From a virus, in the UHGV virus genome UHGV-0041851: DNA of 41,208 nucleotides; one strand, written 5' to 3'. Below, in pieces: positions 9,417-18,257 of this stretch; positions within the stretch are counted from its first letter, which is position 1, and the number at the start of each line of letters is the position of its first letter. The translations under genes and the position numbers were made by a program. A model generated the notes under the pieces. That model saw only the letters and a list, made by a program, of their open reading frames with translations. It did not search any database and had not been told where the DNA came from.

Positions 9417-10448
9417 ATGTCCAATTTACTGACCGTACACCAAAATTTGCCTGCATTGCCGGTCGATGCAACGAGTGATGAGGTTCGCAAGAACCTGATG
9501 GACATGTTCAGGGATCGCCAGGCGTTTTCTGAGCATACCTGGAAAATGCTTCTGTCCGTTTGCCGGTCATGGGCGGCATGGTGCAAGTTGAATAACCGGA
9601 AATGGTTTCCCGCAGAACCTGAAGATGTTCGCGATTATCTTCTATATCTTCAGGCGCGCGGTCTGGCAGTAAAAACTATCCAGCAACATTTGGGCCAGCT
9701 AAACATGCTTCATCGTCGGTCCGGGCTGCCGCGACTAAGTGACAGCAATGCTGTTTCACTGGTTATGCGGCGGATCCGAAAAGAAAACGTTGATGCCGGT
9801 GAACGTGCAAAACAGGCACTAGCGTTCGAACGCACTGATTTCGACCAGGTTCGTTCACTCATGGAAAATAGCGATCGCTGCCAGGATATACGTAATCTGG
9901 CATTTCTGGGGATTGCTTATAACACCCTGTTACGTATAGCCGAAATTGCCAGGATCAGGGTTAAAGATATCTCACGTACTGACGGTGGGAGAATGTTAAT
10001 CCATATTGGCAGAACGAAAACGCTGGTTAGCACCGCAGGTGTAGAGAAGGCACTTAGCCTGGGGGTAACTAAACTGGTCGAGCGATGGATTTCTGTCTCT
10101 GGTGTGGCTGATGATCCGAATAACTACTTGTTTTGCCGGGTCAGAAAAAATGGTGTTGCCTCGCCATCACCCACCAGCCAGCTATCAACTCGCGCCCTGG
10201 AAGGGATTTTTGAAGCAACTCACCGATTGATTTACGGGGCTAAGGATGACTCTGGCCAGAGGTACCTGGCCTGGTCTGGACACAGTGCCCGTGTCGGAGC
10301 CGCGCGAGATATGGCCCGTGCCGGAGTTTCAATACCGGAGATCATGCAAGCTGGTGGCTGGACCAACGTAAATATTGTCATGAACTATATCCGTAACCTG
10401 GATAGTGAAACAGGGGCAATGGTGCGCCTGCTGGAAGATGGCGATTAG
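9417..10448 (+). CDS. cre: Cre tyrosine recombinase
   Basis: 343-aa product MSNLLTVHQNLPALPVDATSDEVRKNLMDMFRDRQAFSEHTWKMLLSVCRSWAAWCKLNNRKWFPAEPEDVRDYLLYLQARGLAVKTIQQHLGQLNMLHRRSGLPR... recognised as Cre; about 410 bp downstream of loxP. Confidence 0.98.
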   Translation: MSNLLTVHQNLPALPVDATSDEVRKNLMDMFRDRQAFSEHTWKMLLSVCRSWAAWCKLNNRKWFPAEPEDVRDYLLYLQARGLAVKTIQQHLGQLNMLHRRSGLPRLSDSNAVSLVMRRIRKENVDAGERAKQALAFERTDFDQVRSLMENSDRCQDIRNLAFLGIAYNTLLRIAEIARIRVKDISRTDGGRMLIHIGRTKTLVSTAGVEKALSLGVTKLVERWISVSGVADDPNNYLFCRVRKNGVASPSPTSQLSTRALEGIFEATHRLIYGAKDDSGQRYLAWSGHSARVGAARDMARAGVSIPEIMQAGGWTNVNIVMNYIRNLDSETGAMVRLLEDGD

Positions 10449-10465
10449 CCATTAACGCGTAAATG

Positions 10466-10482
10466 ATTGCTCTAATTCTTTG
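10466..10482 (+). promoter_or_regulatory. C1 operator-like site upstream of cra
   Basis: ATTGCTCTAATTCTTTG. Confidence 0.5.
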
Positions 10483-10498
10483 ATATTTATGGTGACAT

Positions 10499-10810
10499 AT
10501 GAGAAAGGATTTCAACATCGACGGAAAATATGTAGTGCTGTCTGTAAGCACTAATATTCAGTCGCCAGTCGTCATTGTCACTGTAAAGCTGAGCGATAGA
10601 ATGCCTGATATTGATTCAATATCCGTTGCGTTCCCTGTCAAAAGTATGCGTGGTGCTGAACATTTCGTGATGAATGCCACCGAGGAAGAAGCACGGCGCG
10701 GTTTTGCTAAAGTGATGTCTGAGTTTGGCGAATTTTTGGGGCACGTTGACAAAGCCCTCTCAATCAGTTCAGCAAGGTCCAAAGCGTTAACAGCTTCCAT
10801 GATGAAATAA
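10499..10810 (+). CDS. cra: Cra (cre-associated) hypothetical protein
   Basis: 103-aa ORF directly after cre; naming by position. Confidence 0.5.
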   Translation: MRKDFNIDGKYVVLSVSTNIQSPVVIVTVKLSDRMPDIDSISVAFPVKSMRGAEHFVMNATEEEARRGFAKVMSEFGEFLGHVDKALSISSARSKALTASMMK

Positions 10811-10931
10811 AAAAAAGCCTGGCAAGGAGCCAGGCTGCACAAAAGAACGGGTTTGTATTCCGCATCCAATCAATCAAGAAGGAGTATAGCACACAGGTAC
10901 TGAAGTGAAAAAATGTGATTCGCGATAAATA

Positions 10932-10948
10932 AACAACTTTAATTGCTC
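10932..10948 (+). promoter_or_regulatory. C1 operator-like site upstream of ref
   Basis: ATTGCTCTAATTGGTTG; ref is a known C1-controlled gene. Confidence 0.55.
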
Positions 10949-11025
10949 TAATTGGTTGCTATAATTGAGTCGCAGTTTTTGCCAACTACGAAGACGTTGC
11001 CATTACTTCACTCCTTGACATCATA

Positions 11026-11051
11026 GGCGGCCATTAGGCCGCCTTTTTTTT
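11026..11051 (+). terminator. Terminator-like hairpin plus T8 directly abutting the ref start codon
   Basis: GGCGGCC-ATTA-GGCCGCC followed by eight T; the ref ATG at 11058 is only 6 nt downstream. Confidence 0.5.
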
Positions 11052-11057
11052 GACCAT

Positions 11058-11618
11058 ATGAAAACAATCGAACAAAAAATTGAACAGTGCCGCAAGTGGC
11101 AGAAGGCAGCCAGAGAACGAGCGATCGCTCGGCAACGGGAGAAGTTGGCTGATCCGGTCTGGCGAGAATCTCAATATCAGAAAATGCGGGATACTATCGA
11201 CCGCCGTATCGCTAAACAGAAAGAGCGCCCACCAGCCAGCAAAACGCGGAAAAGCGCGGTAAAAATAAAATCTCGTGGCTTGAAGGGGAGAACACCAACG
11301 GCGGAGGAACGGCGCATCGCCAATGCTCTTGGCACTCTCCCCTGCATTGCCTGCTATATGCATGGAGTAATATCTAATGAGGTGTCTCTGCACCATATCG
11401 CCGGTCGTACCGCGCCGGGTTGTCATAAAAAGCAATTGCCACTTTGTAGATGGCACCACCAGCATGCAGCACCGGCTGAAGTAAGAGCAAAATACCCCTG
11501 GCTGGTCCCTGTTCATGCCGATGGTGTGGTTGGAGGCAAGAAAGAATTCACCCTGCTGAACAAGTCAGAGATGGAGTTACTGGCTGACGCCTATGAGATG
11601 GCAAACATCATGCACTAA
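11058..11618 (+). CDS. ref: Ref, recombination enhancement function (HNH-type endonuclease)
   Basis: 186 aa; HNH-like Cys/His cluster CIACYMHG...HHIAGR...CHKKQLPLCRWHH; position after cra. Confidence 0.85.
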   Translation: MKTIEQKIEQCRKWQKAARERAIARQREKLADPVWRESQYQKMRDTIDRRIAKQKERPPASKTRKSAVKIKSRGLKGRTPTAEERRIANALGTLPCIACYMHGVISNEVSLHHIAGRTAPGCHKKQLPLCRWHHQHAAPAEVRAKYPWLVPVHADGVVGGKKEFTLLNKSEMELLADAYEMANIMH

Positions 11619-11653
11619 TAAATATATTATTTTTAATGATAAATGATTGACAA

Positions 11654-11666
11654 CTGACAAGTGACT
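11654..11666 (+). promoter_or_regulatory. Candidate late-promoter element upstream of mat
   Basis: CTGACAAGTGACT, second copy of the recurrent late-gene motif. Confidence 0.4.
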
Positions 11667-11807
11667 TCAGTCAGAATCATCACACGCCCGGTACGGATGG
11701 ATCCCTTTTCAAATATTCCATGGACGGCACAGTCTGAGTACCGGGCGCTACCTTCAGTTGTATTGCTAAGCCGCCGCTGGTGGCTTTTCTTTTTTGTAGG
11801 GGGCGCT

Positions 11808-12449
11808 ATGGATAAGAAAATATGCGTTGTTTCGATGAGCGTCGGCAAACCGGCGTCAATGACTGCTGCATGGATCAATAACGAGCTGATAATGGCTGAG
11901 CGGACCAGCTACCCTGAACGCCGCCGCGATATGGAACTCCAGCTGCTGCGCGAATTGCGAGAAAAAGAGGAAAAGGGTTTTATCGTGCTGGTGGAAGAGG
12001 AAAACAGCTTTATTACTGGTCGAGTTGGCCAGCGTGTAAGGTTGCGCGATCCCTTCATGAACGGCAGGCCGGTACTAATTGAGGCAATGCAGATTTATAA
12101 GGAGCTGGAACGCCAGAAAGCAATCAAGTTACCGCGCAAGGAATCCGGCAAATACATCCTCCACCAAAGCATCTTCGATTCCGAACACGATAAAAAAGGC
12201 GATGAATTTTTCAACATCAACTGGAGCGAAATAACGACAGAGCATGTTCTGACGTTACTATGTTGCTTTGCGACGGAATACAACAACGTTGCCAGCGCCG
12301 ACTACATCAGGGCAATGGCTGGAGAAGTTGAGGCACACCAGGAACCATCGTTACTAAGCCCTCTCATTAACATAATTCGGGGCACACAGAGACTTGCAGA
12401 AAAAAGAATTCCTCATGGAATCTTAACTGGAGAGGGGAACTATTTTTAA
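11808..12449 (+). CDS. mat: Mat, particle maturation protein (putative)
   Basis: Start chosen at the ATG at 11808 with an AGGGGG Shine-Dalgarno (the track's GTG at 11661 has none); position after ref. Confidence 0.5.
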   Translation: MDKKICVVSMSVGKPASMTAAWINNELIMAERTSYPERRRDMELQLLRELREKEEKGFIVLVEEENSFITGRVGQRVRLRDPFMNGRPVLIEAMQIYKELERQKAIKLPRKESGKYILHQSIFDSEHDKKGDEFFNINWSEITTEHVLTLLCCFATEYNNVASADYIRAMAGEVEAHQEPSLLSPLINIIRGTQRLAEKRIPHGILTGEGNYF

Positions 12450-12490
12450 CGGCCTAAACGCCACTTCTTTCAGGTCGTGTAGGATGTCAA

Positions 12491-12514
12491 AAAAGGAGGT
12501 TTTCACCTCCTTTT
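12491..12514. terminator. Bidirectional terminator between convergent mat and res
   Basis: AAAAGGAGG-TTTTCA-CCTCCTTTT hairpin flanked by A-run and T-run. Confidence 0.55.
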
Positions 12515-12523
12515 AAACTAGCA

Positions 12524-15436
12524 TTATGGTAATGCGCTCTTGATTAACTGATAAATATCATCATTAGCAAACTGCGTTCTGAATTCAACTTTAACAGACT
12601 GACTTATTTGATTGAAAAGCGCTTGGGCATGTTCAATTTTCCGTTTTTCTTCAAGCCGTAAACTATCCTTACTATCTACGTTTTTTGTTTCAATGATAAA
12701 ATTAAGATAATCACCTTCCGCTGTTTTTACAACATAAGCAAAATCGGGTGAGTAAGTGTATCCACCAGCTACCGGGATCTTAATAGAATTCTTCGGTATC
12801 TTTGAAAAAACAACAACAGACTGGATCTCTCTATCTGTTATATTACGCCTTTCAAGCTCTGAATCATAAAAAACTTCTTCAAAAAGATAAGTATCTAATG
12901 GTGCTTTTGCATTATCCTGCAATACACCAAGATCACTTGATAATACCTCGCCTAGAGGATTACCATCAGCATTTGTGAACTTTGTAGGATGAATTGAACC
13001 CGAAATCAAATTATATCCGAGGCTGAATTTATTAAACGAATTGTTCAACAAATACTTACTAAAACCAGATTTAATTTTTCTGATTGTTTGAATATTAAGG
13101 TATTCAGTGATATTAATAGTGTCTTTTATATCACAAAAAACTTTATGTAAAGTACCGTGTTTAACAAAAATAGTCTGTGATAAGTTATCGAGAAACTCTC
13201 GATAGCTCATTGTGTTCAGCTTAGCAAAGTCATCGTCATCACTGACAATGCTTTTCGACATTGCCATATCATTGTGGATGTAAATTTTATCAATGCGAGT
13301 ATGAACGCCTGATTTGGTAAATCGTTCTGTTTCTTCGAGCATGAATGACTTGAAAATGGATAAAAATTCACTTTCACTGTTTATTTTGTACTCAATCACC
13401 GCTTTTTGATTGATCAAATCCCATAGTTCTTTCAGCTCACTGAACTTACCAACACGCATTTTAGTGCGTCTTTTTCCATCAGTAGCTTTTTTGATTTTAC
13501 CAGGTTTCACTCCTATAGGGAATGCTGCTGGATATTTGGATTTTAAGCGGCTATAGGCATCTGAATCTTTGAAATTATCATTGTCATCAATGATTTCATC
13601 ATTGAAAAGTTCATTCATTAGTGCTCTGGATGAAAGCTCAGGATACTGAGCCATGATTTGTTCCTTAAGCTCTTGAGTAAACTTACTTGGAACCCTTTCT
13701 TTGAAAGAACTCTCGTTGACCTCTTTAACAAGTGAGTCAACAAAATCCTTTTCTGTAAAATCAACATAATATTTAAGGGTAAAATTGCGGTCTTTCACTC
13801 GACACATGTATTCATTCACAGGAAGACGCAAACCGCGCCCTACCTCTTGAAGCTTAGATGTGGTACTACCGCTCGAACGGAGCTTACAGATCTGAAAAAC
13901 ATTAGGATTATCCCACCCCTCACGCAACGTCCATTTTGAGAAAATAAACCGACGGGGATTATCTAAAGACAGCAAAAGCTCTTTGTCATGAAGGATTTCG
14001 TTGATTTCCTGCTCGATTTTATCATCCTTATCACTGTTATCTTTTGAGAAATAACCACCATGAACGGAAGATATATTTGTGACTGTTTTTTCAAGATAGT
14101 TTTTATAAAACGCATCTTGCTCTGTTTTTAACAGTTCATTAGCTTCTGCCAGAACGTATTCTTCGAATTTGGTCTTCAGGCTTCCGGAAATATCATTACC
14201 GTCACGATAGCCTTCAATATCGTCAATAAAGAAAAGAGTAAGAGGCTTTATGCGTGGCCTTTGTGTCAGAAGTTCTTTTTCTAACTTAAAGTGTTCTTTG
14301 ACAGCCTTACGCATCATGTTATCAGCGAGTGTCTGATCGTAAGAATAGGGATTTATTGAGCTACCAATCTTCAACTCAATACCATTACTCAACACTGCTG
14401 TGCTCTTGTTTAAAGCATCAAGAGTTAAATCATGGATCGCACTATGCGTCTTAGACAGTGATTCACCTTTAGCTAACTTAAACGATTTTTTGTTGTTGTT
14501 TTCATTCAGTTCAAATGTAGCTTCCTTTCCGTCAGATTTGACGAATTTGAGGTTTGCGTTACCATCGCCGACTATATCCTCAATATATGCATCAATACCT
14601 TTAACGAGATCATCGTTAAATGCGTCCACGGCTGTAAGACGATAAACCAGGTTCTTATAGCCTTCGCTAAAGGTTGCGCCATAGCGGATAATATATTGTG
14701 CGTTAAATTTCTCTATGTTTTCCCATGTTTTTTTACCAGTAGGAAATCTATGTGGTTCGTCAATGATGATAAATGGTTTTACAGCTCTGAGCGCGTCAAC
14801 TGGAGTATTAAACTGATTATCAAGCAAGCCAGTATCGTAAGTATCCGTTAAAGACTTAGAGTTGATCATTCCTGAGTTAATAACAAGAACGTGTATATAT
14901 TTTTTATTGAAGTTACTTGCTTCAACAAAATCATGTATAGCCTGAGGCATATACGATTTTGTATTTTTGCCAGCGTTTTTCTGACTTTCAACAACGTAAG
15001 TTCTCAGCTCACGCTTGTAATCATCCCGGAAGTGTTCTTTTAAAGCATCACTTTTTAAAAAGTTAACGGTTCCGGCCTTGATAGATAGAGTCGGAACAAT
15101 GATGATAAACTTGTTAATACCAAATGATTTATTCAGGTCAAAAATAGTTTTGATATAGGTGTACGTCTTGCCTGTACCTGTCTCCATAGAAACATCAATG
15201 ATGTTGCTTTTAGCATTGTGATTATCTTTTGAGTGCGCAATACCATTGAACGCCTGAACATTTTTTATATTGTTGTAGTATTGTTGTTCAGACAGCTTCA
15301 GTTCAGGATTAGCTAAAAGGCGAACAGCAACATTATCCGTCAGGTGAGGTGTTGCGGAAACAAAAACATTCATCACCGCATCGACTCCTGCTTTCTGATG
15401 CGGCAAGTTCTTTTCGAGAGTGAACCCTTTTGACAT
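12524..15436 (-). CDS. res: Type III restriction endonuclease Res subunit
   Basis: 970 aa; helicase motifs including Walker A TGTGKT and DEPH box (IIIDEPHRF); immediately downstream of mod. Confidence 0.9.
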   Translation of the reverse strand: MSKGFTLEKNLPHQKAGVDAVMNVFVSATPHLTDNVAVRLLANPELKLSEQQYYNNIKNVQAFNGIAHSKDNHNAKSNIIDVSMETGTGKTYTYIKTIFDLNKSFGINKFIIIVPTLSIKAGTVNFLKSDALKEHFRDDYKRELRTYVVESQKNAGKNTKSYMPQAIHDFVEASNFNKKYIHVLVINSGMINSKSLTDTYDTGLLDNQFNTPVDALRAVKPFIIIDEPHRFPTGKKTWENIEKFNAQYIIRYGATFSEGYKNLVYRLTAVDAFNDDLVKGIDAYIEDIVGDGNANLKFVKSDGKEATFELNENNNKKSFKLAKGESLSKTHSAIHDLTLDALNKSTAVLSNGIELKIGSSINPYSYDQTLADNMMRKAVKEHFKLEKELLTQRPRIKPLTLFFIDDIEGYRDGNDISGSLKTKFEEYVLAEANELLKTEQDAFYKNYLEKTVTNISSVHGGYFSKDNSDKDDKIEQEINEILHDKELLLSLDNPRRFIFSKWTLREGWDNPNVFQICKLRSSGSTTSKLQEVGRGLRLPVNEYMCRVKDRNFTLKYYVDFTEKDFVDSLVKEVNESSFKERVPSKFTQELKEQIMAQYPELSSRALMNELFNDEIIDDNDNFKDSDAYSRLKSKYPAAFPIGVKPGKIKKATDGKRRTKMRVGKFSELKELWDLINQKAVIEYKINSESEFLSIFKSFMLEETERFTKSGVHTRIDKIYIHNDMAMSKSIVSDDDDFAKLNTMSYREFLDNLSQTIFVKHGTLHKVFCDIKDTINITEYLNIQTIRKIKSGFSKYLLNNSFNKFSLGYNLISGSIHPTKFTNADGNPLGEVLSSDLGVLQDNAKAPLDTYLFEEVFYDSELERRNITDREIQSVVVFSKIPKNSIKIPVAGGYTYSPDFAYVVKTAEGDYLNFIIETKNVDSKDSLRLEEKRKIEHAQALFNQISQSVKVEFRTQFANDDIYQLIKSALP

Positions 15437-15438
15437 GA

Positions 15439-17394
15439 TTAGTTCCTCACCACCAAATCTAACTCAATAGATTTTTTATTAGCATAACTTTTTAGTGCTT
15501 CATTGAGTTCCATTTGCTTTGCGCTTTCAAAGTTGCTGCCATAAAACACGACTTTGTTTGGAGCAAAGTCTTTGTCTGAATCCACCTTTTGAAGTAACGC
15601 TTTCAATGCTTCGCTAGTAAAATTAGGTGCAATCAAATACAGACGACCATCGCACAAATGTGCTTTGTAGCCACCAAGATCAACATCTTCAATAGGTGTT
15701 GTTAGCAAACTGCCATCATACAGGCACCATGTAGTTAATAGAGTGTCATATTGTTCAGGCGTCAAGACAACATCATCAAAGAATGTATGATTAGACAGTG
15801 TAAGTTCTGATTCGTCTTTAGCGCGAAAATCTGGCATTAGTTGATATACCTTAAACCCCTGATCCCTATTTTTTTTAGACGCCCTAATTAAACGCTCCTT
15901 TGTTAAGTCAAATATTGTATTATAGCCATGCTTCATGGCATCAGATTTATCTTTTGTAGGTTCATCTAGTTGAACTGTAATAAACTGATACGACGTTTTA
16001 TTTTTGTTATTCAAATTAAAAACTGTATGCGCTGTAGTTCCTGACCCAGCAAAAAAATCCAAAACAATACCCTCTCCATCACATGCAAAAGATATTAAAT
16101 CTTCTACTAATTTTATAGTTTTAGCATTTGTGAATGGTTGAGTCATTTCTGGGAACAGCTCTTTAAGTTCGTTCGTTGCAACACGCCCATCAAGATGGAT
16201 AACGGAGCTTAATTTCTGTTTGTAATCCTTAGCATAAACTTTTAGTTCTATAATTTTGTTTTCATCATCACCGAAGATGATCTTTTCTTCAGACAGAAGC
16301 CTATCCATTGTATCTAATGGAAAACGATATCCCATAAGAGGTTGTTTGCATGGCTTCTTAGTTTTTGGATGTATAATATCATATCTGTAACCCTCTTTTC
16401 CGGGGTTGTGGACGCTCTGACTACCAGTATAGATGCCGTCTTTGTCTATATATTTGTATCGGTCAAGAGGCCATAATTCAGATCTGTGTTCACGAAACCA
16501 CTGGGTATATTTTTCCTGAAGTTCATTGCCAGTGTATTTTGATGCAAATTCTTCACCTATGTTGACAAGTAAGTTTTTTACATCGGAGATATTAGATTTC
16601 CACTCACTTATAAGCTGCTCTTTGTTTTTTGTGTAAACAATAATATATTCATGCTCTACAGCGATATTTGAAGGGTTGTTATCAGTTGCATTTTTCCATA
16701 CTAGATCCCCAACATGGTTTTGCTCACCAAAGATCTCGTCGCAAACTAGTTTTAATTGACTGAACTCATTATGGTCAATAGAAATAAAAATAGTCCCGTC
16801 TTCTCTCATTAATTCACGAGCAATATAAAGGCGTGGGTAAATGAATGTCAGCCATGCACTATGACTGCTTGACCCCTTGGTGGTAAATTCTAATATGCGT
16901 TTAGCCTCATCGAGGTCGATGCCTGCTAGTTCAGAAAGCTGCTCAGGTGTAAATTTGCGATCATCATTATAAACGAACCCATCCTTACCTGTATTGTATG
17001 GTGGGTCAATGTAAATCATCTTCACCTTTTCAGCGTAAGCATTAACCATATGCTTCAATACTTCGAGATTATCCCCTTTGATTAACAGGTGTTGACTGTT
17101 CTTGTTCTCTTCTTGTTGGTTATGAGTTTTATCTTCTGCCAACAACGTTTTCGGTGGTAGATTGGCCAACAAACGGGCATAAGATTTACCCAGCCAGTTC
17201 AAGCTGTATGATTCTTTAGAGAGTTCAACTTCCGATGCCCTAATAATCTCAAGCAATTTTTCTTGAATGAAGGCTCCGTTTTTATCAAAACACTGAGGGA
17301 AATTAGCTTTCAACACAGCCAGTTGCTTGCTGTTAGCCGTTTCTACTTCGGAAAAAATCGTTTCTTTTTTCATATCCATTTTAAACCAGATCAT
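15439..17394 (-). CDS. mod: Type III N6-adenine DNA methyltransferase Mod subunit
   Basis: 651-aa track ORF; motif IV DPPYN (YIDPPYNTG) and motif I FFAGSGTT; true start probably an internal Met (MDMKKETIF or MKKETIF), giving 646 or 644 aa. Confidence 0.9.
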   Translation of the reverse strand: MIWFKMDMKKETIFSEVETANSKQLAVLKANFPQCFDKNGAFIQEKLLEIIRASEVELSKESYSLNWLGKSYARLLANLPPKTLLAEDKTHNQQEENKNSQHLLIKGDNLEVLKHMVNAYAEKVKMIYIDPPYNTGKDGFVYNDDRKFTPEQLSELAGIDLDEAKRILEFTTKGSSSHSAWLTFIYPRLYIARELMREDGTIFISIDHNEFSQLKLVCDEIFGEQNHVGDLVWKNATDNNPSNIAVEHEYIIVYTKNKEQLISEWKSNISDVKNLLVNIGEEFASKYTGNELQEKYTQWFREHRSELWPLDRYKYIDKDGIYTGSQSVHNPGKEGYRYDIIHPKTKKPCKQPLMGYRFPLDTMDRLLSEEKIIFGDDENKIIELKVYAKDYKQKLSSVIHLDGRVATNELKELFPEMTQPFTNAKTIKLVEDLISFACDGEGIVLDFFAGSGTTAHTVFNLNNKNKTSYQFITVQLDEPTKDKSDAMKHGYNTIFDLTKERLIRASKKNRDQGFKVYQLMPDFRAKDESELTLSNHTFFDDVVLTPEQYDTLLTTWCLYDGSLLTTPIEDVDLGGYKAHLCDGRLYLIAPNFTSEALKALLQKVDSDKDFAPNKVVFYGSNFESAKQMELNEALKSYANKKSIELDLVVRN

Positions 17395-17538
17395 TTAGCA
17401 ACAAAGCGCCGCCTCCCCAGCCCACTAGAGCCAGAAGTTGTCACACTTATACGAGGGCACTATCACTATCTATATGTTTGAATAATCGTGTTTCTTTGAG
17501 CGATGCTCGGCGAGCAAACAGCCATTATTTGGGGAAGT

Positions 17539-17787
17539 TTAATCCGCATTGAGAAGCAATGCATTATCTATGATGATCTGCTCCCATTCTTCGAATGCCC
17601 GATCGCGGACGCCCTGGGGAACGCTGTTAGTTTTGAAATCGACGACCGTACGCCATTTCCCGTCCGGACGGTACATGCGCAGAGCTTTACTTCCCCCCTC
17701 CCTGCGCACCTCAACGTTATGCTTATCAGCAAACTCTTGTAATGCTCGTAGCGTCCCATGCTTTACTGTGTAGTATCGCTTTTTCAA
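17539..17787 (-). CDS. lxc: Lxc/Bof, C1 co-repressor (immT)
   Basis: 82-aa ORF between mod and ulx, matching P1 bof/lxc size and position. Confidence 0.6.
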   Translation of the reverse strand: MKKRYYTVKHGTLRALQEFADKHNVEVRREGGSKALRMYRPDGKWRTVVDFKTNSVPQGVRDRAFEEWEQIIIDNALLLNAD

Positions 17788-18224
17788 GTTTTCTCTCCAG
17801 CCTGTGCTAAGGCTTCAACTTCCAAATCGTAAGACTCAAACTCATAGTCCTGGTCGTCAACCTCTTCAGGTACTGGCAGTAAATGCCAGGCTGAGTATAT
17901 CTGACCATTATCAAAACGCTCCTGGCTGTAGAGCGTCGCGGCTATGAGCGTCAGCGCCGGGCGGTCATAACGGTAAATTTTGCGAACGTCACGGTCAACG
18001 AGACGACCGAAATTACCATAACCGCGCTCCAGTAATAATTTTTTAATTTCCGGCCAGTATGGACCATAGCTGCGGTACAGGCGGGGATTTTTCAGTAATC
18101 GCCCGCGTAGCCCTGACAGGAAGAAATCAACGTATTCGTCTTCTGTCTTTCCTAACAACGCTGTACGGAGTACCGCCTCAAGATATGTTTTATTCGGTTT
18201 TATTGTATCAGATAGTGTGGCCAT
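17784..18224 (-). CDS. ulx: Ulx hypothetical protein
   Basis: 146-aa ORF overlapping the lxc start by 4 nt, downstream of darB. Confidence 0.5.
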   Translation of the reverse strand: MATLSDTIKPNKTYLEAVLRTALLGKTEDEYVDFFLSGLRGRLLKNPRLYRSYGPYWPEIKKLLLERGYGNFGRLVDRDVRKIYRYDRPALTLIAATLYSQERFDNGQIYSAWHLLPVPEEVDDQDYEFESYDLEVEALAQAGEKT

Positions 18225-18257
18225 ATTATGCGACGCCCGGCGAACCGGGCGCTCCTG

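Noticed and set aside
10558-10869. 103-aa minus-strand ORF antisense to cra
   Set aside because: Completely overlaps cra on the opposite strand; no independent support, and which of the two is real is itself uncertain.
11034-11516. 160-aa minus-strand ORF antisense to ref
   Set aside because: Overlaps the HNH-motif-containing ref frame; shadow ORF.
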